Positions 18,554 to 30,558 of a stretch of 64,000 nt of DNA are shown piece by piece. The stretch comes from an uncultured Chloroflexia bacterium (lineage in GTDB: Bacteria > Chloroflexota > Limnocylindria > Limnocylindrales > CSP1-4), in the NCBI GenBank assembly GCA_963731995.1, contig CAVSXV010000013.1:121165-185164 (forward strand), written 5' to 3'. A model generated the notes under the pieces. It did not search any database and was not told the DNA's origin. It worked only from the letters and a program-made list of their open reading frames with translations. The position numbers and the translations under genes are program-made. The first letter of the stretch is position 1. Each line of letters starts with the position of its first letter.

Positions 18554-18985
18554 GTGGTGAACCCCATCGGACGCGCGCTCCTGGCATCCCTGGCGGCACT
18601 GGCAACCGCGGTCCCGGTCGTGGCCCAGGCAGAGGAGGTGGCCACGACCACCATCTCGGCCATCGAGCGCGGCGAGGCCCAGGCCATGGTCTACCTCGAA
18701 GGCGCCGCCCTCGAACAGACCGCCGATGGTGGCGGCTATCTCTTCAGTGACGGCACGGGCGTCATCGAGATCGACCTCGACACCAGCAGTGCGGATGCAG
18801 GGCTGCCCCTCTTCGAGCTCATCGGCATCGAAGGCACGGCCGCAGGCGACGCCATCGACGTCTCGCGCTGGGCGCCACTGCGCATCATGACCCCGGCCGT
18901 GATCGTCGAAGAGCCACAGGTCATCGAGGCCTTCAGGGGCTGGATCATCGCCTACGACAGCCAGGCCCCCGAGCCCACGGAGTAG
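18554..18985 (+). CDS. Secreted OB-fold protein (BOF, YgiW/YdeI-like)
   Basis: Signal peptide ending VVAQA; V.LEG......YLFSDGTGVIEIDLD resembles the BOF motif Y.F.D.SG.I.V.ID. Confidence 0.6.
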   Translation: MVNPIGRALLASLAALATAVPVVAQAEEVATTTISAIERGEAQAMVYLEGAALEQTADGGGYLFSDGTGVIEIDLDTSSADAGLPLFELIGIEGTAAGDAIDVSRWAPLRIMTPAVIVEEPQVIEAFRGWIIAYDSQAPEPTE

Positions 18986-19000
18986 CGGGGTCCAGGCGGA

Positions 19001-19168
19001 TTAGGCCTCTGGAGCGCGACGGGCCAGACGTTCGAACCACTCTCGTGCGCGGCGGGGTGGCGATGTCGATTCGGTCATGTGCCGGCGCTGCATGCGGTGC
19101 CGCAACCAGATGGGCGTCGGCTCGGCCGCCAGGGGGCGGGTGCGATCCTCGAGCATCGAGGCGGACAT
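19001..19168 (-). CDS. Possible small protein (55 aa)
   Basis: MSASMLEDRTRPL...WLRHRMQRR...WFERLARR in a gene-free gap; no family recognised. Confidence 0.3.
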   Translation of the reverse strand: MSASMLEDRTRPLAAEPTPIWLRHRMQRRHMTESTSPPRRAREWFERLARRAPEA

Positions 19169-19405
19169 GATCGGGACGCGTTGGGCGCCAAGTCGGACAG
19201 GGATGTTCTGTGCCACGTTCGGTCTCCCTCTGCCAGGAACGTTCCTCTTGGCCTGACCGGGCACGTGGGCAGACACCGCGCGAGCGGCATCACAAGGATA
19301 CGGGTCGATGCAAGTGGCCCCGAGCAGACCGGCGGCCAGCCCCTCGCGAACACCGCTTGCCGTCCGGCGAGGTCGAGCCCCGACGGGCCCGACGAGGGTC
19401 GTTCC

Positions 19406-21613
<2,208 letters not shown>

Positions 21614-21727
21614 GTGTCCAGCATAGGCCGAACGGCAGCACAGGGACGGACCGGGGTCCACTAGCCAGCACCGCACCGCTCCCCTACCGTGGGTACAGCC
21701 TCGGTTCGCCTGTCATGGAGGGTCCGG

Positions 21728-23503
21728 ATGAAGCCACTCGAAGAGCCATTCGCGTCCATCGTCGCGGGGCGCCCCGCGGAGATCGACCTTCGGGGCTTCA
21801 AGCTGCTGGGTGCGCGCCTCTTCACCAAGGACCTCGCCTTCCGCGACGACGAACGTGACGCCTTCGGCCTGCGGGGCATGCTGCCCGATCGCGTCCAGAC
21901 CATCGAGGAACAGGTCCAGCTCGAATGGGAGCACGTCTCGCGCAAGGACGACGCGCTCGAGAAGTACATCGGCCTGGCGGCGCTGCAGGACCGCAATGCG
22001 ACCCTCTTCTACCGGCTCCTGGCCGAACACCTCGATGAGCTCATGCCCGTGGTCTACACGCCTACCGTGGGCCAGGCCTGCCAGCAGTTCAGCCACATCC
22101 TCCGGCGCACCCGCGGCATCTGGATCACGCCCGACGACATCGACCGCATCCCCCGGCTGCTGCGCAACTCGCCCTATGCGGACGTGCGGCTCATCGTGGT
22201 CACCGACAACGAACGCATCCTCGGACTCGGCGATCAGGGCGCCGGCGGCATGGGCATCCCCATCGGCAAGCTCGCGCTCTACTCCGCGGGCGGTGGCCTG
22301 CATCCCAGCCTGACGCTACCGGTTTCGCTCGACGTGGGTACCGACAACCGCACGCTGCTCAAGGACCCGCTCTACATGGGCTACCGCGCGCGTCGCCTGC
22401 GTGGCACCGCCTATCGAGAGCTTGTCGCTGCCTTCGTGCAGGGCGTCGAGGACGTCTGGCCCGGCTGCATCATCCAGTGGGAGGACTTCAAGGGGCCCAA
22501 CGCCCTGCGCATCCTCGAACGCTTCCGCAACCACGTACCCAGCTTCAACGACGACATCCAGGGCACTGCCAGCGTCACCGTGGCTGGCGTCTATGCCGCG
22601 GCCAGGCGCCTCGGGCGACCCATCACCGACCTGCGCTTCGTGCTCGCCGGCGCGGGCGCCGCGGGCGTCGGCATCGCTCGCCTGTTGCGCCGCGCACTCC
22701 GACACGAGGGCCTCACCGACGCCGAGATCGATCCCCGTCTGGCCTTGCTCGATTCGAAAGGACTGGTCCACAGCGGACGCTCCGATCTCGATGAGTTCAA
22801 GCAGGAGGTGGCGGTCTCGGTCGAGCGTGTCCAGCATCTGGGCATCTCGCTCGAAGGCGACGGACACGCGCGCCTGTGCGAGGTCATCAAGGCCGTGAAG
22901 CCGGACGTCCTCATCGGCACCACCGGCCAGCCGGGCTCCTTCGACCAGTGCGTCATCCACGAGATGGCCGAGACCACCGACGAGCCGGTGGTCTTCGCCC
23001 TCTCCAACCCCTCGAGCCGGGTCGAGGCCACGCCGGCCGACATCCTCGCCTGGTCCGACGGCCGCGCCCTGATCGCCACCGGCAGTCCCTTCACACCGAT
23101 CTCGTGGAAGGGCGCGCCACGGCCCGTGGGCCAGGCCAACAACGTCTTCATCTTCCCGGGTGTCGGCCTGGGGGCCGTGGTGGCCGAAGCCACGCGCATC
23201 ACCGAAGAGATGTTCCTGGTGGCAGCACGTGCGCTGGCCGAGCAGGTCGACGACGAGCGCCTGGCGTCCGGCGCCCTCTACCCGCCGATCGAGTCGCTCA
23301 GTCACATCTCGCGCGAGGTGGCCCTCGCGGTGGCCCGAGAGGCTGTCGCCTCGGGTGTGGCCGGCGTCCGGGCGGGCACGGACCTCGAGGCCGTGCTCGA
23401 CGAGGCCATGTGGTGGCCCTCGTACGTGCCCTACATCAAGTCACGTGCGGCGGTCCACCGGGACGCGATCTACGCTGCACACGAGGCCCTGAACGTCCCT
23501 TGA
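21728..23503 (+). CDS. maeA: NAD-dependent malic enzyme
   Basis: PVVYTPTVG, VVTDNERILGLGDQG, QWEDF, FNDDIQGT, GAGAAG, FALSNP, QANNVFIFPG. Confidence 0.93.
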   Translation: MKPLEEPFASIVAGRPAEIDLRGFKLLGARLFTKDLAFRDDERDAFGLRGMLPDRVQTIEEQVQLEWEHVSRKDDALEKYIGLAALQDRNATLFYRLLAEHLDELMPVVYTPTVGQACQQFSHILRRTRGIWITPDDIDRIPRLLRNSPYADVRLIVVTDNERILGLGDQGAGGMGIPIGKLALYSAGGGLHPSLTLPVSLDVGTDNRTLLKDPLYMGYRARRLRGTAYRELVAAFVQGVEDVWPGCIIQWEDFKGPNALRILERFRNHVPSFNDDIQGTASVTVAGVYAAARRLGRPITDLRFVLAGAGAAGVGIARLLRRALRHEGLTDAEIDPRLALLDSKGLVHSGRSDLDEFKQEVAVSVERVQHLGISLEGDGHARLCEVIKAVKPDVLIGTTGQPGSFDQCVIHEMAETTDEPVVFALSNPSSRVEATPADILAWSDGRALIATGSPFTPISWKGAPRPVGQANNVFIFPGVGLGAVVAEATRITEEMFLVAARALAEQVDDERLASGALYPPIESLSHISREVALAVAREAVASGVAGVRAGTDLEAVLDEAMWWPSYVPYIKSRAAVHRDAIYAAHEALNVP

Positions 23504-23513
23504 CCGGCCGACG

Positions 23514-26500
23514 CTAAGGGCACTGGTCGAGGTCGCGCCACTTCTCGATGGTGTCGGCGACCTCCATGGTGCCAGAGGCGCTGTACTCGACCGTCACCGT
23601 GCGGTTGGGGATCTCACCGCAGCCGGCGTCCTTCTCGACGGCCTCCCATGAGCCGCGGGTGTACTTGTACTCGAGGTTGGTGGCGTCCTCGAACGGGAGC
23701 GTGATCGCCCAGGTGCCGTCGTCCAGGCGCGTCATGGGATCGCTGCCGGGACTCCAACCCTGGAAACCGCCGGCGATGTAGATGGTCTCGTCCGGCGAGG
23801 TGTGCTCGGGCACGGTCGCGGTGAAGGTGACCTCGACCATACGCTCCTCGGCGGTGACCTCCAGCGGATCCGACGGGGGCGAGAGGTTGTAGCCGGTGTC
23901 CTGGGCCACGATCGTGTAGACGTAGGGCACGCCCGACTCGACCGAGGCGTCGAGGTAGACCTCGACGTCGGAGCTGGCGATCATCTCGGCTTCCTCACCT
24001 GGCGCACTGCGATAGACGAGGTAGCGGTAGAGGTCATCGACATCCGGCGCCGCCCAGCGGAAGCGCGCGCGCTCGCCGGACACGTCGAGCAGCTCCGGCG
24101 TCCCCGGTGCCGGCGGGGCCAACCGGTCCGGGCCGGGAACGATCTCGAGGCTCCCGATGCCGAGCGCGCTTTGCCAGGTCTCGCCGCCGTCGGTGGAGGC
24201 ACGCGCGGTGGTCGACCATCGACCGGCTTCCTCGGGTTGCACACGGCCCCGGAACACAGCACCGGACCCGCTCGTCCCGACGGCCTCGGCCGGGGTCCAG
24301 CGCCAGGCATCCCCGCTGGTAGCGCTGATGGAGGCGGGGGCGATGCCGACCTCGACGATGACGCCCTGCGCCACACGTTCGGCGTCCGCGCTGGCCTGTA
24401 CCACGGCCTCGACCTCGACCGCTCCGTCGATGGCCGATAGTCCACGTTGGACATGGTCGGTCACGGCACCGGCATCGTCCACGACGCCGGTCAGCCCGAA
24501 GGCCTCGATGGTCAGCTGTGGCACGGCCGATACCTCATCGGAGCGCGCCGAGACATTGCCTCGCTCGTCGAGCGCGACCACGACGTAGTGGTAGGGCACG
24601 CCGTCGCGTACGGACCCGTCGGTGAAGGAGTCATCGGTCGCTTCGCCCACCACTGCGTAGCCGCCGCCGCTCACGACCGAACGCAGCACGCGGTACCGCA
24701 CTGCGTCATCGACCGGCTGCCAGGCCAGCTCGACCGTGCCCGGGCCGGCCACGGCTTCGACGTCCGCTGGGGCAATGGGGGCCGATAGGTCGGCCTCGGG
24801 TCCCGACACGAGCACGGCCACCGAGTCGGGCTCGGTGGGTAGCACGAGTGTCCCGTCCGTCACGGTCGCGGCCGCTCCACCGCCGAGGGCATCGACAAGG
24901 ACGGTGCCGTCGGGGATGCGGTCCGCCACCGGGATCTCGAGCTCACGCGGGCGATCGGAGAGGTTGAGCGCGACCACCGCGGCCGCGTTCGGCGAGCGTC
25001 GTAGGTAGGCCAGCGTGCGCGCGGCATCATCGGCGAGCAGGAACTCGAGATCACCCTCGCGCAGGGCCTCGTGTGAGGCTCGCGATCTCGCGAGCGTGCG
25101 GTACCACTCGCGCAGCTCGAGGTCCTCGGCAGCCCATGGGTAGGGGCGCCGGTCGTCGGGGTCATCGAAGCCGGTGAGCCCGACCTCGTCGCCGTAGTAG
25201 ATCGCGGCCATGCCCGGGAACGTCAGCTGGATAGCCGCCACCATCCGCTGCGCGGCCAGCCCCTGCGCGAGCGCCCCAGGATCGGTCTTGGCGATGTCGT
25301 TGTCCTCGCCCGGGGTCAGCGTCCACAGGATGCGCGCGGTGTCATGGCTGTCGACGAGGTTCATCAGTGCCTGGTAGGCCGGCTCGGGATAGTCCTCGCG
25401 CACAGCCTGCATGGCATTGGCGAAGCCCCGTGGCGTGAGCGCCTCGAGCGAACCATCCGGATCGGGTGTGGCGCCGTTGACCAAGGCGATGACCGCTCGA
25501 CGGAAGCGGTAGTTCATGGTCGAGTCGGCCTGGTCGCCGAGGAGCCAGGGCGTGCTGTCGCCCCACTGCTCGGCGATGACGATGGCCTCGGGGTCGGCAG
25601 CCTTGGCCGCGTCGCGGATGGACGCCTGGAACTCGTGGCTCATCGAATCGGCCACGTCCAGCCGCCAGCCGGCCGTGCCGCGCTCGATCCACGTCGGCAC
25701 GACACCGTCCTCGCCCACGAACATCTCTGTGACCGGCTCGATCTCGTTGAGCTCAGGGATGGAGTCGAAGTTCCACCAGCTCGCGTAGTAGGTGTCATCG
25801 CCACCGGGCGCACTGGGCGCGCACGGCTCGGGCTGACCGGGGCCCGGCGGGCGGAAGGTGAACCAGTCGCGGTACTCGGAGTCGGCCGACTCGCAGGCGC
25901 CCACCGTCTCGTAGTGGCCGAAGCGGTCGAACCAGGGCGAGTCAGCCGAGACGTGGTTGAAGACGCCATCGAGCACGACCCGGATGCCTCGCGCCCGGGC
26001 CTCCTCGATGAGGGTTTCGAACTCCTCGGCCGTGCCCAGGTCAGGGTCCACGTAGAAGTAGTCCGACGTGTCGTAGCGGTGGTTCGAGGGCGACGCGAAG
26101 ATGGGATTGAGGTAGAGCACGGTCACACCCAGGTCGGCCAAGCCGTCGAGCGACTCGGTCACCCCGGCGAGGTCACCACCGAAGAAGTCGCGGTTGTAGG
26201 CCTGCTCGTCGCAGGGCTCTGGCTTGTAGTCACGGCAGTAGGCCTCGGGCAGGTCGTCCCAGGCCTTGTTGGTGATGGGGACGCCGTGGACCTCGCCCTG
26301 TCGGTACACCTCGGCGCCGGACGGTCCGGGCGTGGCCTCCGGCGAGGGGTCGTTGGTGGGATCAGCATTGCGGAAGCGGTCGGGGAAGATCTGATAGACC
26401 ACCGATCCCGGAGCCCAGGCCGGCGCCTGGAAGTCGGGATCGTAGACGGTGATCTGCCAGGGATTCGTGACCACGCCGCTGCGACCGATGCGCCCGCTGC

Positions 26501-26939
26501 CGCCGTCGCCTGCACGATCGTCCGAGAGCACGCGCGAGGACTGGCCATCCTGGGCCACGATCGAGTAGTCGATGATGGCGGGTCGCGGCCCGGTCTCGAC
26601 GGTCGCCTCCCAGTAGTCGTAGCCGACTTCGCCCGCGTCCGGTTCGGTGGCGGCCAGCTCCATCGGCTGCGCCCACGCGTCGCCGGTCAGACGGTCGGCC
26701 AGGCGCAGCTGGGCTCCAGAAAGATCGCCTGCCGCCGAGCGGAGCCGCACGCGCACGTCGGTCCCAGCCGGCACCGCACCGGTGGGTGCCCGATAGAGGT
26801 CGTCGCGACTGTCGTGCTGGAGGTCGGCCTGGCGGATGGAACCATCGACCGCCGGCGCGACGTCGTCAGCGGCGATGGCCGGGAGCGACGAGGCGAACAG
26901 AAGGGCGCCCATGAGGACGGCCACGGATGGCTTGCGCAT
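23514..26939 (-). CDS. Secreted GH13 amylopullulanase-like enzyme with two FN3 domains and C-terminal CBM20-like domain
   Basis: Signal peptide; YQIFPDRF, GGDL.G, DGVFNH, catalytic GWRLDVA / AEQW / SHD, YYGDEVG; FN3-like repeats; C-terminal IYIAG.FQGW...EYKYTRGSW..VEKD...EIPNR. Confidence 0.9.
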   Translation of the reverse strand: MRKPSVAVLMGALLFASSLPAIAADDVAPAVDGSIRQADLQHDSRDDLYRAPTGAVPAGTDVRVRLRSAAGDLSGAQLRLADRLTGDAWAQPMELAATEPDAGEVGYDYWEATVETGPRPAIIDYSIVAQDGQSSRVLSDDRAGDGGSGRIGRSGVVTNPWQITVYDPDFQAPAWAPGSVVYQIFPDRFRNADPTNDPSPEATPGPSGAEVYRQGEVHGVPITNKAWDDLPEAYCRDYKPEPCDEQAYNRDFFGGDLAGVTESLDGLADLGVTVLYLNPIFASPSNHRYDTSDYFYVDPDLGTAEEFETLIEEARARGIRVVLDGVFNHVSADSPWFDRFGHYETVGACESADSEYRDWFTFRPPGPGQPEPCAPSAPGGDDTYYASWWNFDSIPELNEIEPVTEMFVGEDGVVPTWIERGTAGWRLDVADSMSHEFQASIRDAAKAADPEAIVIAEQWGDSTPWLLGDQADSTMNYRFRRAVIALVNGATPDPDGSLEALTPRGFANAMQAVREDYPEPAYQALMNLVDSHDTARILWTLTPGEDNDIAKTDPGALAQGLAAQRMVAAIQLTFPGMAAIYYGDEVGLTGFDDPDDRRPYPWAAEDLELREWYRTLARSRASHEALREGDLEFLLADDAARTLAYLRRSPNAAAVVALNLSDRPRELEIPVADRIPDGTVLVDALGGGAAATVTDGTLVLPTEPDSVAVLVSGPEADLSAPIAPADVEAVAGPGTVELAWQPVDDAVRYRVLRSVVSGGGYAVVGEATDDSFTDGSVRDGVPYHYVVVALDERGNVSARSDEVSAVPQLTIEAFGLTGVVDDAGAVTDHVQRGLSAIDGAVEVEAVVQASADAERVAQGVIVEVGIAPASISATSGDAWRWTPAEAVGTSGSGAVFRGRVQPEEAGRWSTTARASTDGGETWQSALGIGSLEIVPGPDRLAPPAPGTPELLDVSGERARFRWAAPDVDDLYRYLVYRSAPGEEAEMIASSDVEVYLDASVESGVPYVYTIVAQDTGYNLSPPSDPLEVTAEERMVEVTFTATVPEHTSPDETIYIAGGFQGWSPGSDPMTRLDDGTWAITLPFEDATNLEYKYTRGSWEAVEKDAGCGEIPNRTVTVEYSASGTMEVADTIEKWRDLDQCP

Positions 26940-26988
26940 GTTTGACTCCTGCGGCCCGGAGGCGTTGGTCCGGTCGCGAGTGGCAGGA

Positions 26989-27912
26989 CTAGCCCTTGAT
27001 GCCGCCCAGCGTCAGGCCGGAAACGAGGTACTTGGAGATGTAGACGAAGAGCAACACGATGGGGATGCTGATGAGGATGGAGGCGGCCGAAAGATCGGCC
27101 CACTGCGTCTGGAACTGGGCCTGGAAGCGCTGCACACCCAGGGGCCAGGTGAGCAGCTCTTCGCGACCGCCGATCAGGACTCGAGCCATGAAGTACTCAC
27201 CCCAGGCAGCCAGGAAGTTGAGCAGGAAGACGATCGCCAGCGCCGGCATCGAGAGTGGCAGGAGCACCTTGCGGAAGGCCTCGAACTCGGTACAGCCGTC
27301 GATCTTGGCCGCCTCTTCGAGGTCGAAGGGGATGGTGTCGTAGTAGCCCTTGAGGATCCAGATCGAGAACGGCACCGCCGTGACCGCGTAGGCAAAGACC
27401 AGGCCCTGGTACGAGTTCACCAAGCCGACCTGCACGTAGATGATGAAGATCGGGACCAGCAGCATGATGCCCGGGATGAGCTGCGTGGCGAACAGGAAGG
27501 TCAGCGCACCGTTGCGCGCACGGAACTTGTAACGACTGAAACCGTAGGCGCTGGTGGCGGCGATGATGAGGCCCAGGGTCGCGGTGCCGACGGTGACCAT
27601 GAGGCTGTTGAACAGCCAGTTGAGCAAGTCATATTCCGTGAGCACGCGCCAGTAGGCATCGAGCGTGGCGCCTTCCGGGATGATCGCGAGCGTCGGATTG
27701 AGCACGTTCTGACCGGGCCGCAGTGACGTGCTGAAGACACGGATCACCGGGAAGACCACGACGACCGTGGCGATGATGAGCACGAGGTGGATGAGGGCTC
27801 GCTTGAGCGGTGAATCCTGGCCTCGACCAGGCGGCGTCGTCAGGCGCCCTCGGATGCCGAGTTCCTTGCGCTCCCGGCGAACGTCCACCATGGACTGGAC
27901 CTGACCGGCCAT
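26989..27912 (-). CDS. malG: Maltose/maltodextrin ABC permease (MalG-like)
   Basis: EAA loop LKGYYDTIPFDLEEAAKIDG; CUT1 permease topology. Confidence 0.85.
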   Translation of the reverse strand: MAGQVQSMVDVRRERKELGIRGRLTTPPGRGQDSPLKRALIHLVLIIATVVVVFPVIRVFSTSLRPGQNVLNPTLAIIPEGATLDAYWRVLTEYDLLNWLFNSLMVTVGTATLGLIIAATSAYGFSRYKFRARNGALTFLFATQLIPGIMLLVPIFIIYVQVGLVNSYQGLVFAYAVTAVPFSIWILKGYYDTIPFDLEEAAKIDGCTEFEAFRKVLLPLSMPALAIVFLLNFLAAWGEYFMARVLIGGREELLTWPLGVQRFQAQFQTQWADLSAASILISIPIVLLFVYISKYLVSGLTLGGIKG

Positions 27913-27925
27913 CAGTCGACCCTCC

Positions 27926-29191
27926 TCATGACTCGTAGGTCCCCTTGAGGATCTTGGTCTGCCGCACGTACCACAGAGTGAATGCGAGCAGGATGCCGAA
28001 GATCACGAAGGCGAAGGCGGCCGCGAACCCGAAGCGGCTGAAGTTGAAGGCCGCGCGATAGAGCGCGCTCACGAGGATCTCGCTCGTCTCCAATTCGTTC
28101 TGGTTGATGAAATAGGGCACGTTGATGTTGTTGAACGTGAGGAACACACCGAGCAGGACGGCCGGGATGAGCACCGGACGCAGTAGGGGCAGGGTGATGC
28201 TGAAGAACTGCGCCCGTCCGCTGGCGCCATCGATCTCCGATGCCTCGTAGTACTCCTGTGAGATGGACTGCAGACCGCCGAGGGTGATGACCATCATGAA
28301 TGGGACGCCCAGCCACACATTGGTCAGGATCATGGCCGCGAAATTCATCACCGGGTCGCTCATCCACTGTTGCGGCGGTATGCCGAAGAGACCCAGCACC
28401 TGGTTCACGGCACCGAACTGGAAGTTGTACTCCGTCCGCCAGATCTGTAGCGAGATGAAGACCGGGATGGCCCAGGGCAGGATGAGCAGGGCACGGTAGA
28501 TCGTGCGGCCACGCAGCTTGCGGTTGAGCATCAGTGCCAAGCCGATGCCCAGCGTGACGTGGAAGAAGATGCAGACCACGGTCCAGATGAGCGTTTGCGC
28601 GAGGAGCTGCCAGAAGCCGGTCTGCTTGAGCACCGGCTTGGTGAAGACGTCGATGTAGTTCTGGAGGCCGATGAAGATGTCCTTCTCAGCACCCCACGGC
28701 GCCAGGGGCGTGTCGTCCATGGTGAGGCCGAAGAAGAGGCCGGGATCCACGAAGTTGCGGATGTTCATCTTCGTGAACGAAAGACTGAACTCGTAGTAGA
28801 GCGGATAGACGTACAGGACGGCGATACCGACGATGGCCGGAGCCAGCAGCATGGTGGTCAGGGCCAGCCGCTTGGACTCGTCGCGTCGCCGGACCGCGAA
28901 CCAGTAGATCGCGCCGAGGATGACGCCGATCACGCCCAGCGCACCGACGGTCTGGATCAGGAGATCGACCGTCAGTTCGTTGTTGTAGACGAGGAAGAGC
29001 CCGACCACGACCAGTGGTAGGGCGATCGCGATGGCCGAGCTGCGCGTGTCCTGGCGCCTGGCCATGAGCAGCAGGTAGAGCACCGCCTCCATGGCGGCGA
29101 TGGCGAGGACGATCCAGAAGAGCGATACGGCAACTTCGCTCAGGGCCGTGAAGGCCTGTTCGAAGTCGAATGCATCGATGAGCTCGTTCAT
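27926..29191 (-). CDS. malF: Maltose/maltodextrin ABC permease (MalF-like)
   Basis: LILPWAIP, WLGVPFMM...GGLQSI..EYYEASEIDGA, TFNNIN. Confidence 0.85.
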   Translation of the reverse strand: MNELIDAFDFEQAFTALSEVAVSLFWIVLAIAAMEAVLYLLLMARRQDTRSSAIAIALPLVVVGLFLVYNNELTVDLLIQTVGALGVIGVILGAIYWFAVRRRDESKRLALTTMLLAPAIVGIAVLYVYPLYYEFSLSFTKMNIRNFVDPGLFFGLTMDDTPLAPWGAEKDIFIGLQNYIDVFTKPVLKQTGFWQLLAQTLIWTVVCIFFHVTLGIGLALMLNRKLRGRTIYRALLILPWAIPVFISLQIWRTEYNFQFGAVNQVLGLFGIPPQQWMSDPVMNFAAMILTNVWLGVPFMMVITLGGLQSISQEYYEASEIDGASGRAQFFSITLPLLRPVLIPAVLLGVFLTFNNINVPYFINQNELETSEILVSALYRAAFNFSRFGFAAAFAFVIFGILLAFTLWYVRQTKILKGTYES

Positions 29192-29248
29192 CGTTCCCTC
29201 TCGAGCCACCTGTCATCGCCACACGCGTGGCAGGTGCCACGCATAGTA

Positions 29249-29280
29249 GCGGGACCCCAACCTGCTGGTTGGGGTCCCGC
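29249..29280 (-). terminator. Intercistronic stem-loop after the binding-protein gene
   Basis: Perfect 14-bp stem GCGGGACCCCAACC-TGCT-GGTTGGGGTCCCGC. Confidence 0.7.
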
Positions 29281-29310
29281 GTCATACATCGTCTCAGCCG
29301 AGGGTCTGGT

Positions 29311-30558
29311 TCACTCGGGGGCGCACTCGCCTCCGGGTGCCACGCCGACGTCAGCGGACGCCTGCATGTTGGCCGCGATGGCCGCCGGATCGGAGGACTC
29401 GCTCGCGAAGAGGTCGCGCACGCCAGCGGTCATCGAGTCGAAGACGCAACGCATCTCGAGGTTCGTGGGCTGGGGGACGCCGTTCTTGACCGCATCGGCC
29501 GAGCCGGCCAGGAGGGCATCCTCGGTGACCAGCGGGTCGTTGATGGCCTCGAGGTTGCCGGGCAGTCGCCGCAGCTCCTCGACCTGCTTGAGCTGGTTCT
29601 CCTTGTTGGTGGCCCACTGGATGAAATCAGCGACCACGGCCGCCGTGGCCTCGTCGGCAAGGGCGTCACTCGAAGCCATCAGGAACTTGCCTGCGGTGTA
29701 GGGCTTGGGCCACTCGTGGCCGACGATCTCGGGGATGGGGCCCAGGCCCAGGCTGTCGCCGAAGGTCTCAGCGTAGGTACCGAGCGCCCAGTCGCCGTTG
29801 ACGATCATGGCCGCGTCGCCCTGCGAGAACAGGCCGTCGGCCACGTTGTAGTCAGCCTCGGCCGGCATCACGCCGTCGGCGTACTTGAGGTCATGCATGA
29901 ACTGCAGCGCGCCGACCATGGCCTCGGTGTCCAGCGTCGGAGTGACGCCGTCCTCGGCAAAGACCGAGCCGCCGAAGCCGCCCAGGAACGGGACCAGCCA
30001 GAACGATTCGGTCTGGTTGAAGACGAGGCCGAACTTGTTGTTGGCCGCGTCCGTGTTCTCGGCCGCGATGGCGATCATCTCGTCGCTGTTGACCGGGCCC
30101 TCGGGCACGAGGTCCTTGTTCCAGTACAGCATGAGGTGGTTGCCGAAAGAGGCAGGCACGCCCCACAGCGTGCCGTCAACGGTCACAGCTTCCAGGGCGT
30201 TGGGCAGGTAAACGCTGCTATCGATAAGGCCATCGAGCGGGGCGATGGTGCCCGAGGCGGTGAACGGGCCGACATGGTCGGCGACGGTCCACAGGATCTC
30301 CGGCGCGCCACCGGCGAGGCTGGACGTGAGGAAGTCCTCGCGCAGAGTCTCGACCTGCTTGTTCACGACGGTGATGTTGACGTCGGGGTTGGCCTCGGAG
30401 TACTCGGCCGCAAGGGACTCGACGTACTGGAAGGCGCCCTCGGCCTCGCCCTCGGCGGTCCAGAGGGTGAGATCGGTCTGCGCGGCGACCGGGGTGAAAG
30501 CCCCAGCGACCATCGCCATGGACGCGGCGAGTGCCGCGACCTTGATACGGTTGGACAT
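29311..30558 (-). CDS. malE: Maltose/maltodextrin ABC substrate-binding protein (MalE-like)
   Basis: AGGAGGA RBS; signal peptide ending VAAQ; LWGVP....HLMLYWNKDL, F.QG.AAMIVNGDW, P.P...EM; context with GH13 and GH57. Confidence 0.82.
   Translation of the reverse strand: MSNRIKVAALAASMAMVAGAFTPVAAQTDLTLWTAEGEAEGAFQYVESLAAEYSEANPDVNITVVNKQVETLREDFLTSSLAGGAPEILWTVADHVGPFTASGTIAPLDGLIDSSVYLPNALEAVTVDGTLWGVPASFGNHLMLYWNKDLVPEGPVNSDEMIAIAAENTDAANNKFGLVFNQTESFWLVPFLGGFGGSVFAEDGVTPTLDTEAMVGALQFMHDLKYADGVMPAEADYNVADGLFSQGDAAMIVNGDWALGTYAETFGDSLGLGPIPEIVGHEWPKPYTAGKFLMASSDALADEATAAVVADFIQWATNKENQLKQVEELRRLPGNLEAINDPLVTEDALLAGSADAVKNGVPQPTNLEMRCVFDSMTAGVRDLFASESSDPAAIAANMQASADVGVAPGGECAPE

Noticed and set aside
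19206-19221. GTTC-N8-GTTC resembling an SOS box
   Set aside because: Spacing matches neither GAAC-N4-GTTC nor GTTC-N7-GTTC, and no repair gene is adjacent.
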